This document shows, piece after piece, positions 59,169-64,000 of a stretch of 64,000 bases of DNA. The notes beneath the pieces were generated by a model, which saw only the letters and a list, made by a program, of their open reading frames with translations, was not told where the DNA came from and searched no databases. Location of the stretch: contig CAWDLW010000015.1 in NCBI GenBank assembly GCA_963803145.1, positions 32,001-96,000 on the forward strand, written 5' to 3'. Position numbers and translations under genes: made by a program. The DNA comes from Methanotrichaceae archaeon. GTDB taxonomy: Archaea > Halobacteriota > Methanosarcinia > Methanotrichales > Methanotrichaceae. Position 1 is the first letter of the stretch; each line of letters opens with the position of its first letter.

Positions 59169-59398
59169 TCGTATGAAGTGATCATATAGATACTGGAAGA
59201 TTTGATTACACCTGAAGCCCTTATATATAATTTATTCATCTAATTGCTTACGTTTAGGCTAATATTCCAGGTAATGCTAAAATAAACATATCCTCTGCAA
59301 TAATTTTTGTGACCGTGGTAGGATAGCAGTCCTTACCTATAAATCCGGGAAAGATTAAAATATGGTCACTTAGACTCACATTCAGGAAGTGAAGATGC

Positions 59399-60550
59399 TT
59401 GAGGTCTAATGCTGGCTTTATAGGTTTTGACGGGACTGAAAATAAGAGAACCATCCTTGCACTGCAAAAAGTGAAAGAGGCCGCGAAGATCGATGGAGAC
59501 ATCAATGTATTGCTCAGGAAGCCTCATGGCAGAGCAAGGTCGATGATGTCGAAGTTCGACCGTCTTTTCGATGTTAAGGCATTCGTTAGCGATGATGCCG
59601 ACAAGGAGAAGTGGGAGAAGGCTGGAGTGAAGATCGCTGGAGGATATAATGATTTCTTCGATGCATCCGATTTCTTAATGGTTGGAACTCCAGGGGATGA
59701 GGAAACTCCCTACGTTGAGGCTGCATTGGCGCACGATTGCTTTGTATCTCTGATGGGCGGCGCTGACAGACCTGCCATTTTGGAGGCTCTACAGGAAAAT
59801 AAGATGAAAATCTCAGATGAGCTTAAGGCAGACTTCGCCCGCGAATTCTTCTTCGGACTTGAGAACTATGAGATGTTTTTGAAAGCAAAGCCTAAGCTGG
59901 TGCAATGTACAAGCTGCAACACCACCGGCCTTTCAAGGCTGGCTTTAGCCGCCAGGCCACTAGGATTGATGGCTGTGCTCGGCAACATCGATCGCAGGCA
60001 TGGAGATCCCCATACTGTTGTCAGAGCTTCCCCTAGCGCAATTCAATTCGGAAAGGGAGCAGGCCATCAGGGAACAGATGCCGGGACAGTCTTCGAGGAG
60101 GTAAAGTTCGCAGTCCGAGCCAGCAAAGTTCCTACGACCGTGCCTCATACGAACTTCCTGAATCTTGTTTTCAAGGGAGATGTGAAGCCGGCACAGCTCG
60201 TAGACCAGTTTGCGAAGACGAGAGAGGTGGTGGTAATGCCCTACCAGGACGAGGGAAGAAAGCATGAGTGGACAAGTGAAATCCTGGAAGCATTCCTATC
60301 AGGCCTTGAGAGGCCGATAAGCCCCGAGATATTCGAGCTTCTGGTCTCTGACGCGATCATACCCTTCAAGCTTGGGGATTACACGATTCTTCAAACCGTC
60401 TCAATGGTCGAGCAGATGTCCATCGCAGTCCCCAACCACGTCGAATCCTATCTCCTAAGTGTAGGCTATCCAGCAGCCGATGTCCATAGCCTCGTTGATA
60501 AGGCACTCGGTGTGCTGCATGGAATTTGGCCGGACAAGCTCAGCAGCTGA
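59399..60550 (+). CDS. Divergent archaeal (type II) glyceraldehyde-3-phosphate dehydrogenase-like protein
   Basis: SCNTTGL, RR.GDP, KVPTT..H retained; N-terminal GFDGTENKR instead of GYGTIGKR. Confidence 0.75.
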   Translation: MRSNAGFIGFDGTENKRTILALQKVKEAAKIDGDINVLLRKPHGRARSMMSKFDRLFDVKAFVSDDADKEKWEKAGVKIAGGYNDFFDASDFLMVGTPGDEETPYVEAALAHDCFVSLMGGADRPAILEALQENKMKISDELKADFAREFFFGLENYEMFLKAKPKLVQCTSCNTTGLSRLALAARPLGLMAVLGNIDRRHGDPHTVVRASPSAIQFGKGAGHQGTDAGTVFEEVKFAVRASKVPTTVPHTNFLNLVFKGDVKPAQLVDQFAKTREVVVMPYQDEGRKHEWTSEILEAFLSGLERPISPEIFELLVSDAIIPFKLGDYTILQTVSMVEQMSIAVPNHVESYLLSVGYPAADVHSLVDKALGVLHGIWPDKLSS

Positions 60551-60558
60551 ATTAGCTC

Positions 60559-61626
60559 ATGGCTGACGAAATCCTTTCAGGCAGGCTTCAGGGCGGCAGA
60601 GTATTGCTCGGCCCTGAGGCCGTGCCACAGCTTTACGAGCAGGGCTACTTTGGACGGCCTTCCGGAAAGGGCCTTGAGCTCAGCCTCGTTGAGGCTGCAT
60701 ACCTCCTTGATAGATCGAGAATAAAGATATCAACAGATGCAACTTCGAGTAAAGACGAGCTTGATTTCATAGCTTTTTTCCAAGCGGCCTCGTCTTTGGA
60801 AAAAGGCTTTGAGTTCAGGTACGTCGTATACAAAGACTTACGGGAACGCGGCTATTACGTCCAGCCAGGAAGGCCCGACTTTCGCGTATATCCTCGCGGA
60901 GGGCATCCCGGAAAGACGCCTGCCGAATTTTATGTGCTTGTGATCTCGGAGCGCATGCCTTTGCCGCTAAATGAGATCATCGAGCCCGTTCGCGTAGCAG
61001 GCCAGATGAGAAAAAAGCTGATGCTTGCAATCGTTGATGAAGAGAGCGATATCACATTTTACGAGGCGAAGGAGAAATCCTTGAGAGGAAATGAGGGCGA
61101 GGAAGAATCGGGCGGCATGGCGACTCTCCTCGCGGACAGGGTTGCGCTATGGGATGTGGCTGCATCAAAAAGATTGCATGAACATGGATTTTATGGCAAA
61201 CCTGTTGGAGAGCGATTACAGTTATCTCTGGTCGAATCGGCTTACCTTTTGGAGAAAGGGATGATTCAACTCATTGATCGATCCGGAAATCCCTTGAATT
61301 TGGAGGGGCTGAAGGAGCGAGCGCGCCAGGTAGAGAGCGATTTCGATCTGAAATATAAGGTCTATAGGGATCTAAGAAAGAATAAGCTGGTTGTAAAGAC
61401 CGGCTTCAAGTTCGGGACACATTTCAGAGTTTACAAGCACGTAGAAGGCCCGAGCAAAGTTCCTCATTCGGAGTACCTGGTGCATACGGTTCCAGTCGAT
61501 CATATTTTTTTGCCGCCAGTGTTATCGCGCGCGGTCAGGTTGGCGCACTCTGTCAGAAAGCAGATGGTCTTCGCATATCCTGATGACGGCGTGAAGTATC
61601 TGGAGATCAAGAGGCTCAAGCCCTGA
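60559..61626 (+). CDS. endA: tRNA-intron endonuclease (homodimeric type)
   Basis: Duplicated LSLVEAAYL/LSLVESAYL units, KTGFKFGTHFRVY, HSEYL, RLAHSVRK. Confidence 0.95.
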   Translation: MADEILSGRLQGGRVLLGPEAVPQLYEQGYFGRPSGKGLELSLVEAAYLLDRSRIKISTDATSSKDELDFIAFFQAASSLEKGFEFRYVVYKDLRERGYYVQPGRPDFRVYPRGGHPGKTPAEFYVLVISERMPLPLNEIIEPVRVAGQMRKKLMLAIVDEESDITFYEAKEKSLRGNEGEEESGGMATLLADRVALWDVAASKRLHEHGFYGKPVGERLQLSLVESAYLLEKGMIQLIDRSGNPLNLEGLKERARQVESDFDLKYKVYRDLRKNKLVVKTGFKFGTHFRVYKHVEGPSKVPHSEYLVHTVPVDHIFLPPVLSRAVRLAHSVRKQMVFAYPDDGVKYLEIKRLKP

Positions 61627-61695
61627 AACGAACATTTGTTACATTTCCTTTTTTTATCGAATAATTTTTCGTTTAAAAGAACGATAGTTTTTTTA

Positions 61696-61720
61696 ATCGA
61701 AAGATCTTTCGATATATCGA
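61696..61720. promoter_or_regulatory. Overlapping palindromes, probable TA autoregulatory operator
   Basis: ATCGAAAGATCTTTCGAT (perfect 18-mer) overlapping TCGATATATCGA directly before the ATG. Confidence 0.6.
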
Positions 61721-62263
61721 ATGGAGCTATTGAGGAAATGCGCAGGCTTCAAGGTGCTGGAGTATTTTTTAACTCACCCCTCCAATGAAGTATATCTTAA
61801 AGAGTTGTCCCTTAAGCTGAAAATAAGTATCAGCAGCACTAAGATATATTGTGATGATCTTGTAAATGAAATCATAATTCTGGAGAAGAAAAGAGGGAAT
61901 TTAAGGCTCTTCCGATTGAACAGGGATGATTTTGCGGTCAGAAACATGACGAAAGCTTTCCATCTTTTGCAGCTCAAAAGACAGGGGGTAGAGAAAATAG
62001 CTGAAGGCAGCGCGTCTCTAGCAATTTATGGTAGCTTCGCCTTTGGCGACTTCGATGAGAAGAGCGATTTGGATCTTTTAGTAGTAGGAGATGAAGCAGA
62101 AGTTAGAAAAGATTTAGTTTTAGAGCTTCAGAGCAATTTGTGCAGAGAGGTCCAGTTAACGGTTATCCCACCTATCAAATGGGAAATTATGAAGAAAGAT
62201 AGAGATAGATTTGCTGAGAGTGTGCTCAGAAACCATGTGCTCGTAAAGGGGACTGGGCTATGA
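61721..62263 (+). CDS. wHTH-fused minimal nucleotidyltransferase (MNT antitoxin)
   Basis: N-terminal wHTH; YGSFAFGDFDEKSDLDLLVV. Confidence 0.87.
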   Translation: MELLRKCAGFKVLEYFLTHPSNEVYLKELSLKLKISISSTKIYCDDLVNEIIILEKKRGNLRLFRLNRDDFAVRNMTKAFHLLQLKRQGVEKIAEGSASLAIYGSFAFGDFDEKSDLDLLVVGDEAEVRKDLVLELQSNLCREVQLTVIPPIKWEIMKKDRDRFAESVLRNHVLVKGTGL

Positions 62264-62682
62264 GGTTCGAGGATTGCCTTGAAGAAGGTTTGATCAAGAG
62301 GAATCCCAGAGCAATGGAAAGAGTTGCAGGCTCACTTGAGATCGCAGAGAGATTCCTCAAATCGGCCGGGAGGACTCTAGAGATCGATGAGTACGAGATG
62401 GCCGAGATTGCCGCCTACAACAGCGCTTTTCATTCTGCAAGAGCTCTGTTATTTGCAAAAGGTTACACTGAGAGAAGCCATCACTGTCTAGGCATGGCGT
62501 TAATGCATCTCTACAAAGGGGAGATATCGGAGCTATTCAGCACATTCGATAGGCTAAGGTTGTCTAGGCATGATGTACAGTACGGCGGCGCTCTGGTAAG
62601 CAGAGATGATGTTGAATTTATGATTGAATTTGCTGAGAGTTTTTTGGCGGCTGCAAAGTCGGAACTGTCTTATCAGGAGTAA
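62260..62682 (+). CDS. HEPN domain protein
   Basis: AYNSAFHSARALL, SH, RHDVQY; 4-nt overlap with the MNT gene. Confidence 0.87.
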   Translation: MRFEDCLEEGLIKRNPRAMERVAGSLEIAERFLKSAGRTLEIDEYEMAEIAAYNSAFHSARALLFAKGYTERSHHCLGMALMHLYKGEISELFSTFDRLRLSRHDVQYGGALVSRDDVEFMIEFAESFLAAAKSELSYQE

Positions 62683-62685
62683 GAT

Positions 62686-63012
62686 ATGAAAGCATCAGAA
62701 GTAGAGCGAATATTAGCACTTGTCCCCAAGCTCTTGGAGCTTTCACACAAGAGAATATGGATAGACTACGATGATGGTGCCGATGTTCTCTACATCAATT
62801 TCAAGAGACCAAGCCATGCTGACGACTCCGAATTAACTGATGAGGACATAATAATAAGATATGAAAAGGGAGAAATAATAGGCTTAACCGTACTCCATGC
62901 CGGCAAAAGAAAGGCAGAAAAGTCCAAGTTCGATTTGGATTGTGGACTGTCAGATCTTAGAGATGAGATTTCCCCGGCTGAGCTACAACATCAAGCCTCT
63001 GAATGGAAATGA
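62686..63012 (+). CDS. DUF2283-like protein with extra C-terminal segment
   Basis: YDDGADVLYI, GEIIGLTVL. Confidence 0.75.
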   Translation: MKASEVERILALVPKLLELSHKRIWIDYDDGADVLYINFKRPSHADDSELTDEDIIIRYEKGEIIGLTVLHAGKRKAEKSKFDLDCGLSDLRDEISPAELQHQASEWK

Positions 63013-63089
63013 TGAGTCTCTGAAGTGGCATCTTTAATACGATCCTACATCAAAACTGCAGAATATACTAGCAATTCGTCGCTCGCTTT

Positions 63090-63440
63090 TCAAACTGGCA
63101 CTCTTTCGCTCAAGATACGTTTACCAATATCTCCCTTTAGGGAGCGAATAGAGACTAAGTCGACTTTAATTCCTTTGATGTCGCTAAGGTGGCTCTCAAG
63201 CTCTATGAACTTCGGCAGAGTAGGAACTTCAGCGAACTCAACCAGAACGTCGAGATCGCTGCGTTTATGCTGCGCGCCTCGAACGTAGGAGCCAAAGAGC
63301 CAAAGCGTGCCGACGCCATATTCATTGCGCAGGCGAGGCAGCTGTTCGCGAAGCATCTGCTTAATCTCTTCAAGGGATAGCTTTGCCCTGGATTTTGAGG
63401 ATGCGGATTTCGAAGATGCTTTGTGTTTTTCGTGCTGCAT
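63090..63440 (-). CDS. Orphan minimal nucleotidyltransferase (MntA-like)
   Basis: LFGSYVRG....SDLDVLVEF, KVDLV. Confidence 0.88.
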   Translation of the reverse strand: MQHEKHKASSKSASSKSRAKLSLEEIKQMLREQLPRLRNEYGVGTLWLFGSYVRGAQHKRSDLDVLVEFAEVPTLPKFIELESHLSDIKGIKVDLVSIRSLKGDIGKRILSERVPV

Positions 63441-63627
63441 TATGACCCTGTTGATCTTTTAAGGATATGTAACTGTGTGAGTGTGCCTAAGATCCAGGGC
63501 AATTACGTCAAATGATGTTGATCTTGGGTTATGTGTCTTATGATCTATTTTTTTTACAAGGCAGCGATTCTAAATTCATCTTAGACACACTCATTTTCAG
63601 GCAAAGGCTGATACCCTAGCTACTTGT

Positions 63628-64000
63628 CTAATAGGCTTTGAACGGCACTCTTCCAGTAGGATCGACCTGGCTGAGATCTATCATGTGTACGGTTGTCGGA
63701 TCTGAAGGCGCTTTTGAATTAAATATTGAAGGGTTCGGATTTTGCCTCGCAAATGGAAGCTGCACTGGCACTGCACTGCCATTGATCCAATAATACTTCG
63801 GGAGTTCGCCAGAAACGAGATAACCGTTGATCAGGTACGCCAAATGTGTCTGATTTAATAAATCGGTCCAAGCGAAGTCTCCTGCATTGGGGCCTGTGGG
63901 CATGTATGAAGAGTAGTTCCTCGCACATGTTGAAGCGATCTCATAACTAATCGCTGGCTTTGACATATTAGGCACAATTCCGGCATCAAGCAACTTCTGT
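63628..64000 (-). CDS. Hypothetical protein, 5' part outside the window
   Basis: Open frame running to the window edge; no recognised motif. Confidence 0.5.
   Translation of the reverse strand, partial: QKLLDAGIVPNMSKPAISYEIASTCARNYSSYMPTGPNAGDFAWTDLLNQTHLAYLINGYLVSGELPKYYWINGSAVPVQLPFARQNPNPSIFNSKAPSDPTTVHMIDLSQVDPTGRVPFKAY

Overview
Chromosomal window from a methanogenic archaeon of the Methanosarcinales/Methanotrichales group (Methanothrix-like, inferred from MC1, cfbBC, a Methanosarcinales-type S-layer protein and an HdrA-MvhD fusion). Conserved blocks: the S10/spc ribosomal protein operon (1-10.9 kb, minus strand), an hdrA-mvhD/ferredoxin/polyferredoxin/hdrC/hdrB operon, glycogen phosphorylase, purP, cfbC-cfbB, ahcY, trm11, spt5-rpl11-rpl1-rpl10-rpl12, MC1 and endA. 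Accessory material lies between them. A signalling-rich region (11.9-32 kb) has three hybrid histidine kinases and three stand-alone receivers. One kinase has two N-terminal winged-helix domains and a His->Tyr substitution in its H-box. Next to it, an ungapped 277-bp non-coding direct repeat with internal 19-bp tandem units brackets three small AbrB-like/zinc-finger genes and another kinase. Other oddities are a TIR-zinc-ribbon protein, degenerate or rearranged enzyme paralogues (tandem PHI, HisB lacking metal ligands, GAPDH-like with an altered Rossmann motif), a deletion scar joining two gene fragments, REP/IS605-like hairpins, an L1-type autoregulatory RNA site and a decaying MNT/HEPN toxin-antitoxin cluster. 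No rRNA, tRNA, CRISPR array or intact transposase/integrase was seen. All family calls come from motif recognition by eye, not database searches.
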